A stretch of 64,000 nt of DNA from Candidatus Undivivens industriae (GTDB lineage: Bacteria > Omnitrophota > Gorgyraeia > Gygaellales > Profunditerraquicolaceae), in NCBI GenBank assembly GCA_012514745.1, contig JAAYZR010000002.1:104962-168961 (forward strand), given 5' to 3'. Positions 18,118-27,958 of the stretch are shown one piece after another. The notes beneath the pieces are model-generated. The model saw only the letters and a list, made by a program, of their open reading frames with translations, made no database searches and had not been told where the DNA came from. The first letter of the stretch is position 1. The number at the start of each line of letters is the position of its first letter. Position numbers and translations under genes: made by a program.

Positions 18118-19380
18118 ATGTCTGAATACGCCAAGGTGTTGAGAAACCGTAATTTCTTCCTGCTCTGGCTCGGCCAGATCGTTTCACAGCTGGGAGATAG
18201 GCTGGACCAGATGGCTTTGCTGGGGCTGATATATCTTAAGGCCCCCGGTTCCCCGATGCAGATCGCCAAGATAATGTCCTTTACGATCCTCCCGGTTTTT
18301 GTGGTCGGGCCGTTGGCAGGCGTCTACGTTGACCGCTGGGATAAACGCCGCACGATGTACGTATGCGATTTTCTGCGGGCGGCCATCGTATTAACAATCC
18401 CTCTTTTCTTCTTTCATAACAGCAACTTACTTCCCTTGTATGCGGTCATATTTGTTATTTTCGGCATCGGCAGGTTTTTTGTCCCGGCCAAGATGGCGAT
18501 ACTGCCTGAACTCGTGGAGAAAAAACAATTGTTGATGGCAAATACCCTCGCCAATATGACGGGAATGATCGCCGCGGTGGCCGGATTCGGCGTCAGCGGG
18601 CTTTTGGTGGAGTGGATCGGTCCCAAAAGCGGTTTTTTCCTGGATTCGCTTAGTTTTGCTTTTTCCGCCGGCCTGATTTTCTTTATTTACACCGGGGCCC
18701 GCGGCAGAATGCGTGAGCATGCGGTTTCCCATCCTGTCAGGGAAATGGAGGAGATTTTCAAAAAGACGGTGCTGCAGGAATTGAAAGAGAGCTGGCAATA
18801 CGTCCTGAAGAACAAACACATACGTTTCACGCTGGGGCTTATCTTTTCGCTTTCCGCGGCCCTGGGCGCTCTGTACGTGGTGATGATAGTCTTTGTGCAG
18901 AAAACCCTGCATTCTGCGACCAAAGATCTCGGTTTACTAATAGTATTCCTGGGCGCGGGCCTCTTTCTCGGTTCGGTGGTCTATGGGCGTTTCGGGTCCA
19001 GAATATCGCATTACAGAATGATTTTTATTTCCCTTGTCTCGGCCGGGATCGTATTGATAATTTTCGCCTTCACGCTGCAAAGGTATCCTTTTTTCAACGT
19101 GGCGGCAAGTCTGGCGTTGCTTCTGGGTTTGAGTATCTCCCCCATTATGATCGCCTCCAACACCATAATACACAAAGTCAGCGATAGCCAGATGCGTGGT
19201 AAGGTATTCAGCGCTGTGGAAATCATCATGCACGCGGGTTTCCTTATATTCATGCTTTTAAGCAGTAAGATAGCCGAACGGCTTCCGGAGGTATTCATCA
19301 TTTCCGTTATCGGCTGCGTCTTCGCGCTGACCGGGCTGGCGAATATTTTTTACAAAAGAATGGCCGCATGGTTAAATTAG
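18118..19380 (+). CDS. MFS transporter (MFS_3/DHA3-like)
   Basis: GQIVSQLGD, AGVYVDRWDKRR, many hydrophobic segments; start trimmed so it does not overlap the tRNA. Confidence 0.88.
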   Translation: MSEYAKVLRNRNFFLLWLGQIVSQLGDRLDQMALLGLIYLKAPGSPMQIAKIMSFTILPVFVVGPLAGVYVDRWDKRRTMYVCDFLRAAIVLTIPLFFFHNSNLLPLYAVIFVIFGIGRFFVPAKMAILPELVEKKQLLMANTLANMTGMIAAVAGFGVSGLLVEWIGPKSGFFLDSLSFAFSAGLIFFIYTGARGRMREHAVSHPVREMEEIFKKTVLQELKESWQYVLKNKHIRFTLGLIFSLSAALGALYVVMIVFVQKTLHSATKDLGLLIVFLGAGLFLGSVVYGRFGSRISHYRMIFISLVSAGIVLIIFAFTLQRYPFFNVAASLALLLGLSISPIMIASNTIIHKVSDSQMRGKVFSAVEIIMHAGFLIFMLLSSKIAERLPEVFIISVIGCVFALTGLANIFYKRMAAWLN

Positions 19381-20639
19381 AGCATCACAAAGAAGCCACC
19401 GAAAATAAGAAAATAACGGCTCTGCCCCCGCCGGAGAAAGTATTCATCCCGTTCTGCCAGCATTTAGGCAAGCTTTGTCTGCCGGAGGTGAAGCCGGGCG
19501 ATAAAGTCCTTACCGGACAGCGGATAGCCTCTTCCGGGGCCATGCCGTCGGCGGCAGTTCATTCTTCCGTGACCGGCACGGTTTCTTCGATCGAAACCTG
19601 CGCGCACCCCGTGCTCGGCAGGTGCAGCGCGGCGGTAATAGAGACGCGGCTGCCGGATTCTTTCGCTTTCCGGGCGCGCGAAGCGCGTGACGTGGACTCT
19701 CTGCAGCCGGCGGAACTTCTCGATATAATACGCGACGCCGGACTGGTAGGAATGGGAGGAGCGGGCTTCCCTTCTTTCCTCAAGCTTAAACCTCCGGTCC
19801 GGGTGAGGACTCTGATCGTCAACGGCGCCGAGTGCGAACCGTATCTGACTTCCGATTACCGCCTGATGTTGGAAAAAAGCGACGAGATCATTAAAGGGGC
19901 GTTGCTGCTGGGCCGCATACTGGAAGTCGAAGACATATGCATAGCCGTTGAGGACAATAAGCCCGGGGCGGTAGAACTTTTACTGGCAAAAGTCTCCGGT
20001 CCGCTGAGGGTCAAGAAATTAAGGTCTTTTTATCCCCAGGGCGGGGAAAAACAGCTGATTAAAAGCGTGCTGGGCAGGGAGGTCCCGCGCGGCAAATTGC
20101 CGTTCGAGACAGGGGCTGTGGTGCAGAACGTGGCCACAGTGTTCGCCGCTTACGAAGCGGTTTTTCTCGGGAAGCCGCTTTATGAAAGAGTGGTTACCGT
20201 TACCGGGGATTGCCTGTCGAATCCGGCAAATTTGCTGGTGCGGACAGGCACGCCGATATCCGCGCTGATTTCCTTCTGCGGTCCGCTTAAAGAAGAACCG
20301 CACAGGATAATCATAGGCGGGCCCATGATGGGCATAACCCAGGCCGGGACCGATGTCCCGGTGACCAAAACTACCAGCGGGGTGCTGGTGCTGGGCAAGA
20401 AAAGCGGTCGTATCCTGGAAGAGAGCGCCTGTATACGCTGCGGCAGATGCGTGCGCGTGTGTTCCACCGGATTGCTTCCTTGTATGCTGGGGGCGGCGGC
20501 CGAAAGAGGGATGTTGGAAGAAGCTAAACGGCACGGGTTGACCGATTGTTTGGAATGCGGGGCGTGCACATATGTATGTCCGGCGAACCGCAGGTTGGTA
20601 CAGTATATAAAGAGAGCCAAAGCGGAGGCCGCCAGATGA
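19368..20639 (+). CDS. rnfC: Rnf electron transport complex subunit C
   Basis: GMGGAGFP, NGAECEPYLT, YPQGGEK, GGPMMG, two 4Fe-4S motifs. Confidence 0.95.
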   Translation: MVKLEHHKEATENKKITALPPPEKVFIPFCQHLGKLCLPEVKPGDKVLTGQRIASSGAMPSAAVHSSVTGTVSSIETCAHPVLGRCSAAVIETRLPDSFAFRAREARDVDSLQPAELLDIIRDAGLVGMGGAGFPSFLKLKPPVRVRTLIVNGAECEPYLTSDYRLMLEKSDEIIKGALLLGRILEVEDICIAVEDNKPGAVELLLAKVSGPLRVKKLRSFYPQGGEKQLIKSVLGREVPRGKLPFETGAVVQNVATVFAAYEAVFLGKPLYERVVTVTGDCLSNPANLLVRTGTPISALISFCGPLKEEPHRIIIGGPMMGITQAGTDVPVTKTTSGVLVLGKKSGRILEESACIRCGRCVRVCSTGLLPCMLGAAAERGMLEEAKRHGLTDCLECGACTYVCPANRRLVQYIKRAKAEAAR

Positions 20640-21160
20640 AAGATATCTTCAGGTTCGCGTTCATTTTGGGCCTTATAGCATTATCGGCCGGAGGTCTGCT
20701 TGCGGCGGTCAACGCCGTCACCGCCCCGCGTATCGCGGCGCAGGCCGGTCTGGAGGAGGAAGCGGCTTTGAAGGGGCTGCAACCTGAGGCCGCGGTTTTC
20801 ACACCGGTGCTTAAAGGGGATACGGTTTTCTTCTACAAGGCTTATGATAAAAACGGCAAGTTACTTAGCGTGTTGTTCAAGGCTGCGGGTAAGGGGTATT
20901 CCGGCATGATAGAGACTATGGTCTGCATGGACGTCCAGGCGAAGATAAAAGCGATAAAAATCCTCAGCCAGAACGAGACCCCCGGATTGGGAAGCAAGGT
21001 CGCGGAAGGATCTTTCACAGGCAGGTTCAGCGGCGTGGATGCGGCCTGTGTTTCCAGGGTGCAGGCGATAACCGGGGCCACTATTTCTTCGCGGGCGGTC
21101 AGCTCTTCCATAGACCTGAAAGCGGCCGAAGTCAGGGAGGCTTTACGGAATGGAAAATAA
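20636..21160 (+). CDS. rnfG: Rnf subunit G
   Basis: TM anchor, GYSG, ETPGLG, ITGATISS FMN attachment motif. Confidence 0.93.
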   Translation: MKDIFRFAFILGLIALSAGGLLAAVNAVTAPRIAAQAGLEEEAALKGLQPEAAVFTPVLKGDTVFFYKAYDKNGKLLSVLFKAAGKGYSGMIETMVCMDVQAKIKAIKILSQNETPGLGSKVAEGSFTGRFSGVDAACVSRVQAITGATISSRAVSSSIDLKAAEVREALRNGK

Positions 21161-22097
21161 GCTTATAGTAACCGCGGCGCCGCATCTGCACGCGCATCAA
21201 TCCACGGCGCGCATAATGTGGAGCGTCAGCCTGGCTCTTCTTCCGGCAGGAGCGGCCGGGGTCTATCTTTTCGGATATGCGGCTCTGGCAGTAATAGTGA
21301 CGGCGGTCGCGGCCGCGCTGGCCACGGAATGGTTGTTGCAGAAAATGACGCGCAGACAGGTCACCTTATTAGACGGCAGCGCTTTTCTTACCGGACTGCT
21401 TCTGGCGTACAACCTGCCGTCCGGCGTGCCGCTTTGGATGCCGGCAGTAGGTTCCTTTTTCGCGATCGCCGTAGGGAAACAGATTTTCGGAGGGTTGGGG
21501 CAGAACATATTCAATCCGGCCCTCGCGGCAAGGGCCTTCCTTATGGCGTCCTGGCCGGCTTACATGACCTCTTTCCGGGCTCCGGGTTTCGACGCCGTTG
21601 CTTCCGCCACCCCGTTGTCGGCGCTGAAGGAGGGGCATCTCCGGCAGGTATATTCTTATCTGGATCTTTTCCTGGGGAATAAGGGGGGGTGTATAGGTGA
21701 GGTGTGCGTGGCGGGGCTGCTCGCCGGCGCGGTCTTTCTTTTTCTGAAAGGATATATAACCTGGCATATCCCGGTTTCCTATCTTCTGACCGCAGGTATA
21801 TTTCATTATGTTTTCGGACCTTCCGGGCTGTTCAGCGGGGATTGGCTGTTTTACCTGTTTTCCGGCGGGCTGGTGCTGGGCGCCTTTTACATGGCGACTG
21901 ATTACGTGACGTCGCCTTTGACCGCCAAAGGACAGTTGATCTATGGAACGGGATGCGGTCTGTTAACGGTGGTTATCCGGCTGTGGGGAGGATATCCGGA
22001 AGGGACATGTTACGCCATCCTGATGATGAACGCGGTTTCTCCATTCATCGACAGGTACACCCGCGGGCGTATTTACGGCACGGGGAAGATGAGATGA
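21150..22097 (+). CDS. rnfD: Rnf subunit D
   Basis: KQIFGGLGQNIFNPAL, SATPL, GGCIGE, MATDYVTSP. Confidence 0.95.
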   Translation: MENKLIVTAAPHLHAHQSTARIMWSVSLALLPAGAAGVYLFGYAALAVIVTAVAAALATEWLLQKMTRRQVTLLDGSAFLTGLLLAYNLPSGVPLWMPAVGSFFAIAVGKQIFGGLGQNIFNPALAARAFLMASWPAYMTSFRAPGFDAVASATPLSALKEGHLRQVYSYLDLFLGNKGGCIGEVCVAGLLAGAVFLFLKGYITWHIPVSYLLTAGIFHYVFGPSGLFSGDWLFYLFSGGLVLGAFYMATDYVTSPLTAKGQLIYGTGCGLLTVVIRLWGGYPEGTCYAILMMNAVSPFIDRYTRGRIYGTGKMR

Positions 22098-22684
22098 AGC
22101 TGTTACCGGAGTTCCTGAAAGGGATAATAAAACAGAACCCTATTTTTGTCCTCGCACTCGGTCTCTGTCCGGTGCTGGCCGTATCCACCTCGGTAAAGAA
22201 CGCGCTGGGTATGGGCGCGGCAGCCACCTTCGTGCTGGTCGGCTCCAATTGCATCGTATCTTTAATAAAGAAGGGCGTGCCGGATACGATACGCATACCC
22301 TGTTTTATCATCGTCATCGCCACTTTCGTGACCATCGCCGAACTGGTGATGAAGGCCTACAGCCCCGCGTTGAACAGGGCCCTGGGTATATATGTCCCGT
22401 TGATAGTGGTAAACTGCGTGGTGCTCGGCAGAGCCGAGGCCTTCGCTTCCCGCCGGACGCTGCCCGCTTCGTTAGCAGACGCTCTCGGGATGGGCATAGG
22501 GTTTACTCTGGGGTTGGCGCTTATATCCGCGGTCAGGGAACTGCTCGGTTCGGGACAGCTGCTCGGGTATACACTGTTGCCCGGTTTTCAACCGGCGCTG
22601 ATGATGGCGCTGCCTCCGGGGGCGCTTCTGGTCATAGGCGGGATGCTGGGGTTTTTTAATCTGTTGAAGGGGAGAAAGGAATGA
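22094..22684 (+). CDS. rnfE: Rnf subunit E
   Basis: LGLCPVLAV, PLIVVNCVVLGRAEAFA, PPGA. Confidence 0.94.
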   Translation: MKLLPEFLKGIIKQNPIFVLALGLCPVLAVSTSVKNALGMGAAATFVLVGSNCIVSLIKKGVPDTIRIPCFIIVIATFVTIAELVMKAYSPALNRALGIYVPLIVVNCVVLGRAEAFASRRTLPASLADALGMGIGFTLGLALISAVRELLGSGQLLGYTLLPGFQPALMMALPPGALLVIGGMLGFFNLLKGRKE

Positions 22685-23289
22685 ACGCGGGACATTTTCT
22701 GGCGATATTTATTTCCAGCATTTTCGTTTCTAACGTCATCCTCTCGCGTTTCCTGGGATTGTGCTCGTTCATCGCCATTTCCAAGGAGACCCGTCCGGCT
22801 CTGGCAATGAGTTCAGCGGTGCTCTTCGTCATCGTCATGTCTTCGGCGATCACCTGGGTGGTTTATAATTACCTCCTGATACCCTTCGATCTTGCTTATC
22901 TGCGCACAATTTCTTTCATACTGGTCATAGCCTCCTGCGTTCAGCTGGTGGAGATGGTAATCCGTAAATTCATGCCCGCGCTTTACCGCGTGTTCGGCAT
23001 TTACCTCCCGCTGATCACCGTAAATTGCGCCGTTCTGGGCGTAGCCGTACTTAACACCGACATGTTCTTCAGCAGGGGGAAACCCCTGCCGGGGAGTTTC
23101 ATTTTTTCCGTCTTTCAGGGCGTATGCGTCGGCATCGGCTATACGCTGGCGATGCTCTTGATGTCCGCCATAAGGGAAAGATTGGAATATTCACGCGTGC
23201 CGGAGGCGGTCCGGGAATTTCCCATTGCTTTCGTCACCGCTTCCTTAATGAGTCTTTCATTCATGGGTTTTAACGGGTTCAGATTTTGA
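22681..23289 (+). CDS. rnfA: Rnf subunit A
   Basis: FLGLCSF, LPLITVNCAVLG, IRERL. Confidence 0.94.
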   Translation: MNAGHFLAIFISSIFVSNVILSRFLGLCSFIAISKETRPALAMSSAVLFVIVMSSAITWVVYNYLLIPFDLAYLRTISFILVIASCVQLVEMVIRKFMPALYRVFGIYLPLITVNCAVLGVAVLNTDMFFSRGKPLPGSFIFSVFQGVCVGIGYTLAMLLMSAIRERLEYSRVPEAVREFPIAFVTASLMSLSFMGFNGFRF

Positions 23290-23305
23290 CCCGGAGGGAA
23301 TTGTT

Positions 23306-24091
23306 ATGGTTATACTGGCGGCGGTTTTAACACTGGGGACGCTCGGGGCGTTGTTCGGGGCAGGTTTGGCTTTCGCCTCGCGCAAGTTGGCCGTGCATAC
23401 CGACCTGCGCCTGGAAAAAATAATGGGGCTGCTGCCGGGGGCTAATTGCGGAGCCTGCGGCGCCGCCGGCTGCTTCGGTTTCGCCGAGGCCGTTCTTAAA
23501 GGCGAGCTTTCCCCGGATGCCTGCCGGGCCGGCGACGAAAGCGCTAAGCGGGAGATAGCGGCCATCCTCGGAAAAAAGCTGGATAAATCCTCCAAGAGGA
23601 CTGCGGTGCTGCATTGCCGCGGCGGAGCGAACGCGGCGGAAAGATACATTTACTCCGGTTTTAAGGATTGTCGGGCCGCGGCCGCCCTTCTTGGCGGACC
23701 CAAAAAATGCCCCTTTGGCTGTATAGGACTGGGGACCTGCGTGACGGTCTGCCCCTTCAACGCGATCAGCATGGGAAAAGACGGCCTGCCGCGCGTGGAT
23801 AAGGATAAATGCCGCGCCTGCGGTAAATGCGTCAGCGCTTGTCCCAAGCGCCTGTTTTCGCTCCGGCCGCAAGAGCAAAAGGTCTTTGTGGCGTGCCGTT
23901 CTCTCGATACCGCCGCGGTCAAGCGCGGATACTGCAAGTCTGCCTGCATTGCCTGCCGGCGCTGCGAGAAAACCTGCAGATACGGGGCGGTAAAAGTGGA
24001 AAATAATCTGGCGGTCATAGATTACGCCAAATGCACTTCCTGCATGGAGTGCGTTGAGGTCTGTCCGGTCAAAGCGATAGCCGTTTTGTAA
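23306..24091 (+). CDS. rnfB: Rnf subunit B
   Basis: LPGANCGACG and multiple 4Fe-4S motifs. Confidence 0.94.
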   Translation: MVILAAVLTLGTLGALFGAGLAFASRKLAVHTDLRLEKIMGLLPGANCGACGAAGCFGFAEAVLKGELSPDACRAGDESAKREIAAILGKKLDKSSKRTAVLHCRGGANAAERYIYSGFKDCRAAAALLGGPKKCPFGCIGLGTCVTVCPFNAISMGKDGLPRVDKDKCRACGKCVSACPKRLFSLRPQEQKVFVACRSLDTAAVKRGYCKSACIACRRCEKTCRYGAVKVENNLAVIDYAKCTSCMECVEVCPVKAIAVL

Positions 24092-24111
24092 GCGGTTCTG
24101 AGGAGCGGTTT

Positions 24112-24720
24112 ATGAAAAGAAGAGCCAGGATTGCCGTGTTCGCTTCCGGTACGGGGAGCAATTTTCTCGCCATAGTGAAAGCGGTAAAGAGCGGGTTGAT
24201 CAAAGCGGAGATCGCGTTTTTGCTTTGCGATAATCCGGGGGCGCCGGTCATCGAAAAGGCGGCCCGGGCCGGGATAAGGAGTTTGATCGTCTCCTGCGGG
24301 GATTTCCCTTCCCGCGAGTCGTTCGAGGCAGAGGTGCTTTACGCTCTGCGCCGCGGCCGCGTAGACCTGGTGGTCCTGGCCGGGTTCATGCGCATACTCA
24401 GCCCCTCGTTCGTCAGACGTTATCGTAATCGGATAATCAATATCCATCCTTCTCTGCTTCCTTCTTTTAAAGGGGCTCGCGCGATACACGACGCTTTCGA
24501 ATACGGGGCCAAGGTCACCGGAGTAACCGTGCATTTCGTGGATGAGAAGACCGACCACGGCCCGATAATAATGCAGGAAGAAGTTAAGGTCGGCAGGAAT
24601 GATACCCTGGCCGGGCTTGAGAAAAAAATACATGAGACCGAACACCGCATTTACCCGCTGGCGATAGGTCTTTTTCTGCGCGGACGTCTGCGCGTAAAAG
24701 GCAGAAAGATATTTTATTGA
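24112..24720 (+). CDS. purN: Phosphoribosylglycinamide formyltransferase
   Basis: SGTGSN, LAGFMRIL, NIHPSLLP, TVHFVDE..DHGPII. Confidence 0.96.
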   Translation: MKRRARIAVFASGTGSNFLAIVKAVKSGLIKAEIAFLLCDNPGAPVIEKAARAGIRSLIVSCGDFPSRESFEAEVLYALRRGRVDLVVLAGFMRILSPSFVRRYRNRIINIHPSLLPSFKGARAIHDAFEYGAKVTGVTVHFVDEKTDHGPIIMQEEVKVGRNDTLAGLEKKIHETEHRIYPLAIGLFLRGRLRVKGRKIFY

Positions 24721-24730
24721 TCCGCGGATT

Positions 24731-25558
24731 TTATTTGCGGTTTGCTTCTTGCGGAGGCGGGAGCAGGGCTTTGCGGCTGAATTCCGATCCGGCGTTATCC
24801 GGGGGAGGGCCGTATAGTTTCAGCGTGTCGAAACCGTGAAAAGCGTATTCATTGACCACCCAGGCCGCGGCGGCCAATGCCGTTTCCTTGAGCCCGGCCA
24901 CCGTTCCCGAGGCAGGTTGCAGCAAATAGATCTCCAGACAGCGGTCCTTTAGACTTACTTCCGCCGCTTTAGGCGGTATGCCCGCCGCGTTCGGCTGCTG
25001 TTGTGCCGCGGAATAGCTTATCTTTTGCGTTATGAGGGAGCAGACAAAGTCCTCTTTCCTGACAGGCTCCTTCAGGATGTATTTCCCTTCCTCGTCTCCC
25101 ACGCCCAGCGGGTTTTGGGTTATCGAACTTATACTGCGCGCGGCGAAATCGTTCCTGGAAATCGCGTTGCATTGCAGTTTGACCAGGTCCGTGACGTAAT
25201 TGACGATTCTGTATTCTATCCCGTGCTGCCCGGTGTCGGTAACGACGATTACCAGGAATTCCATCCGCGGGTTCATGCTCAGGCAGACCCTGGTGGCGGA
25301 GACCACGAGGCGGTTGATATTCTTTTGTATTGCGCCGGCCAGTTCCTTATCCGTGGTCGTCAGCGATGCCACCGGCAGGTAAACGTAGAGGGTGTCTCCG
25401 GAAAGCCAGGCGTTTATTTTCAGGCCGTATTCGTCACGGCAGAGGGCGATCACCGCTTCGGCGGCTTTTTCTTTCGTATAAGTAGGCTGCAGAGAGAAAC
25501 ATCCGCATAGAACAGAGGCACACCAGAGGGACAGGAGCGCCGCGGAAAGGCGTTTCAT
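24731..25558 (-). CDS. Putative lipoprotein of unknown function
   Basis: MKRLSAALL...LCGC lipobox-like signal; start overlaps the stop of the FtsH-like gene. Confidence 0.7.
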   Translation of the reverse strand: MKRLSAALLSLWCASVLCGCFSLQPTYTKEKAAEAVIALCRDEYGLKINAWLSGDTLYVYLPVASLTTTDKELAGAIQKNINRLVVSATRVCLSMNPRMEFLVIVVTDTGQHGIEYRIVNYVTDLVKLQCNAISRNDFAARSISSITQNPLGVGDEEGKYILKEPVRKEDFVCSLITQKISYSAAQQQPNAAGIPPKAAEVSLKDRCLEIYLLQPASGTVAGLKETALAAAAWVVNEYAFHGFDTLKLYGPPPDNAGSEFSRKALLPPPQEANRK

Positions 25559-27240
25559 TTCCTTGTCCGTTCTTTTCCGCATTCTTTGAATATCGTTTCT
25601 ATCTGGTCGTAATCCAGCTCTTCTTTGGCGATCAGCTCCCCGGCGAAGCGGTCAAGCAGGGCGGACTCTTTCTTTAACAGATCCTCAACTTCCTGCAGGC
25701 ACTGGGAAAGTATGCTTTGCACGTCGTCGTCCAGCCTTTCCTTGGTCTTTTCCGAAATAAAACTCATCTGCGGCCACGCGGAAGAAGAGGAAAAGTTTTT
25801 GCTCAATTCCTTGAAATTGCCCTTCATTCCGGAAGAACCCATGCCCCAGCACCAGACCATATTATAGGCCCAGAAAGCCGCCTGAAGCATATCTTCTCCC
25901 ACCCCCGAAGTGGTCGTGCGGAATTTCAGCATCTCCGCGGCGTAAGAACCCAGCGCCACTTTTATATTGGCCAGGTAATATTCTTTGTTATGTATGTGCA
26001 TTTCCTCCTTCGAACGGTGATAGACGTAGCCGAGGAAGCCGACGGTGCGCGGTATGATGGTGGCCTTGAATACGTCGTCGGTGGGGTGGAGCAGGTATGC
26101 GGTAATGGCATGCCCGGCTTCATGATAGGCGACTTGTTCTTTCTCCGCCGGGCTGAGCTCCAGGGATTTTCTCAGGCCCATGTCTATTCTTTCCATGGCT
26201 TCGTTTATCTCAGCCATGCCTATGCTGTCCTTTTGTTTGCGGATGGCGATTATCCCGGCCTCCCGCACGATGTTGTTTATGTCGGCGGGGCTTTTGTAAA
26301 CCGCCTTGCGCGCCAGCTGTCCTATGCTTATGTCGCTTCCGCAGCGCACCTTTTTAAGATAGAATTCGAAAAGCTGTTCTCTGTCTTTGAGCCCGGGCAA
26401 TCCTATGTATATCTTTCTGTCGAAACGTCCGGCGCGCATCAGCGCCTGGTCGAGGTCTTTTTCATCCACATTGGTGGCCCCGATCACTACAAGGTTGTTT
26501 TCTTTCTTGCGCAGTCCGTCCAGTTCCGTGAGCAGTTGGTTGACCGCGGCGTTCGCGCTCATCTGTCCGCCGAAGCCGGCATCGTCTCTCCTGGGCCTGG
26601 CTACCGAATCTATTTCGTCGATAAATATTATGCATCCGCCGTGCAATTCTGCCAGGGCGCGGGCCTCTTTGAACAGCGAACGGATTTTTGCCGCCCCCAG
26701 GCCGACGATGATGCCTTCCAGCTCGCTGCCTACCACGGAAAGGAACGGCATCTGCACTTCCGTGGCTATTGCCTTGGCCAGATAGGTTTTTCCGCATCCC
26801 GGCGCCCCGGAAAGCAGTATCCCCTTCACGATCTGTCCTCCCACGCGCTGCAGTTTAGTGCGGTCTTTCAATAACTGCACCACTTCCCAGGCTTCCCGTT
26901 TTACTTCGTCCATGCCGATGACTTCGTCCCATTTCACGTTCACTTCCACGCTTTTTATCTTTTTCTGCCCGAGTTTCGTCATCCCTCCGGCAAAAAAGAA
27001 CCAGTAGTGAAATACCGTATAGATCGAGGCGAAGACGAAAGCGGTGACGACGGCTATGAATATCTGCAGCGGGATCATGGAAAGCTGCATTTGTTTATAG
27101 AACGATTCCAGCCCTGCCATCGCTTTCATTCCGACTATCAAGGCGAACACGGTCAGGGTGAGCACAGTTACTGCCAGCAGGACCAGCAGCAGCTTTATCC
27201 AGTTTAGCTTCACATAAACGGAGACTTTTTTCAGGTTCAT
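25555..27240 (-). CDS. FtsH-like ATP-dependent zinc metalloprotease
   Basis: Two TM segments, GAPGCGKT, FIDEID, RAGRFDR, HEAGH. Confidence 0.9.
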   Translation of the reverse strand: MNLKKVSVYVKLNWIKLLLVLLAVTVLTLTVFALIVGMKAMAGLESFYKQMQLSMIPLQIFIAVVTAFVFASIYTVFHYWFFFAGGMTKLGQKKIKSVEVNVKWDEVIGMDEVKREAWEVVQLLKDRTKLQRVGGQIVKGILLSGAPGCGKTYLAKAIATEVQMPFLSVVGSELEGIIVGLGAAKIRSLFKEARALAELHGGCIIFIDEIDSVARPRRDDAGFGGQMSANAAVNQLLTELDGLRKKENNLVVIGATNVDEKDLDQALMRAGRFDRKIYIGLPGLKDREQLFEFYLKKVRCGSDISIGQLARKAVYKSPADINNIVREAGIIAIRKQKDSIGMAEINEAMERIDMGLRKSLELSPAEKEQVAYHEAGHAITAYLLHPTDDVFKATIIPRTVGFLGYVYHRSKEEMHIHNKEYYLANIKVALGSYAAEMLKFRTTTSGVGEDMLQAAFWAYNMVWCWGMGSSGMKGNFKELSKNFSSSSAWPQMSFISEKTKERLDDDVQSILSQCLQEVEDLLKKESALLDRFAGELIAKEELDYDQIETIFKECGKERTRK

Positions 27241-27331
27241 GGTTATCCTCCAGGATTATTTTATGGACAAATACCTCTTACAAATAACATATTTAGATAC
27301 TAAAGTCAAACTATTTCAGTAAGATTTGTGC

Positions 27332-27360
27332 TTGACAAAAAAATCCTCACGAGTTATACT
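27332..27360 (+). promoter_or_regulatory. Sigma70 promoter upstream of the first PilZ gene
   Basis: TTGACA(27332)-17 nt-TATACT(27355). Confidence 0.75.
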
Positions 27361-27439
27361 ATGTTTACAAAGAGATAATAAAACTCTTTTCTAAGCCGGC
27401 TAATCTCGCCTTTTTAAAAGCGGGGATAGCCACGGACTC

Positions 27440-27477
27440 AAGCCGGAAGGAAAGTGATTCTTCCGGTTTTTATTTTG
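27440..27477 (+). terminator. Intrinsic terminator-like hairpin inside the PilZ leader
   Basis: AAGCCGGAAG...CTTCCGGTTT followed by TTATTTT. Confidence 0.6.
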
Positions 27478-27534
27478 GGAAAGAGGCCTTCTCCAGGGGG
27501 ACGGAAACGTGTTGTATCTCTCCACGCAGGATAT

Positions 27535-27861
27535 ATGGTAAACCAGGACGAAAGAAGATTTTTTGTCAGGATTCCGGTCAGTTTTCCATTGAAATTCTCT
27601 TTGACCGGTTCCTCCTTGCAGTGTATAGGGACCGTCAGCGACGTGAGCATCCGCGGGCTGGGGATATTTACAGAGGCTTCGTTGTCGCGGGGCGCTTCTC
27701 TGGATTGCTGGCTTCTTCTTTCCGACAAAAACCGGCCTTTCTACACGAAAGGCGAAGTGATTTGGACTATACAGGAAGGGGAGAAAACCCTTCGCGCCGG
27801 TATCAGCCTTTCCAATCCGGTCACAACAGGCGTGGCGCACGTTCTTAGACAAAACAGTTAA
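27535..27861 (+). CDS. Stand-alone PilZ domain protein
   Basis: RxxxR (RFFVR) and DxSxxG (DVSIRG) motifs, GEVIW. Confidence 0.85.
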   Translation: MVNQDERRFFVRIPVSFPLKFSLTGSSLQCIGTVSDVSIRGLGIFTEASLSRGASLDCWLLLSDKNRPFYTKGEVIWTIQEGEKTLRAGISLSNPVTTGVAHVLRQNS

Positions 27862-27866
27862 TCCAG

Positions 27867-27917
27867 CCGCAGAAACCCCCGGGCTTGAAAGCCGGGGATG
27901 GGTGCGGTTTGAGTAAA
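27867..27917 (-). repeat. Dispersed palindromic repeat copy, reverse orientation
   Basis: Reverse complement reads TTTACTCAAACCGCACCCATCCCCGGCTTTCAAGCCCGGGGGTTTCTGCGG. Confidence 0.8.
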
Positions 27918-27928
27918 TTCGTTTTACG

Positions 27929-27958
27929 TTGACAGTTCCAGTCCCGGTAAGCTATAAT
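27929..27958 (+). promoter_or_regulatory. Sigma70 promoter upstream of the second PilZ gene
   Basis: TTGACA-18 nt-TATAAT. Confidence 0.7.
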
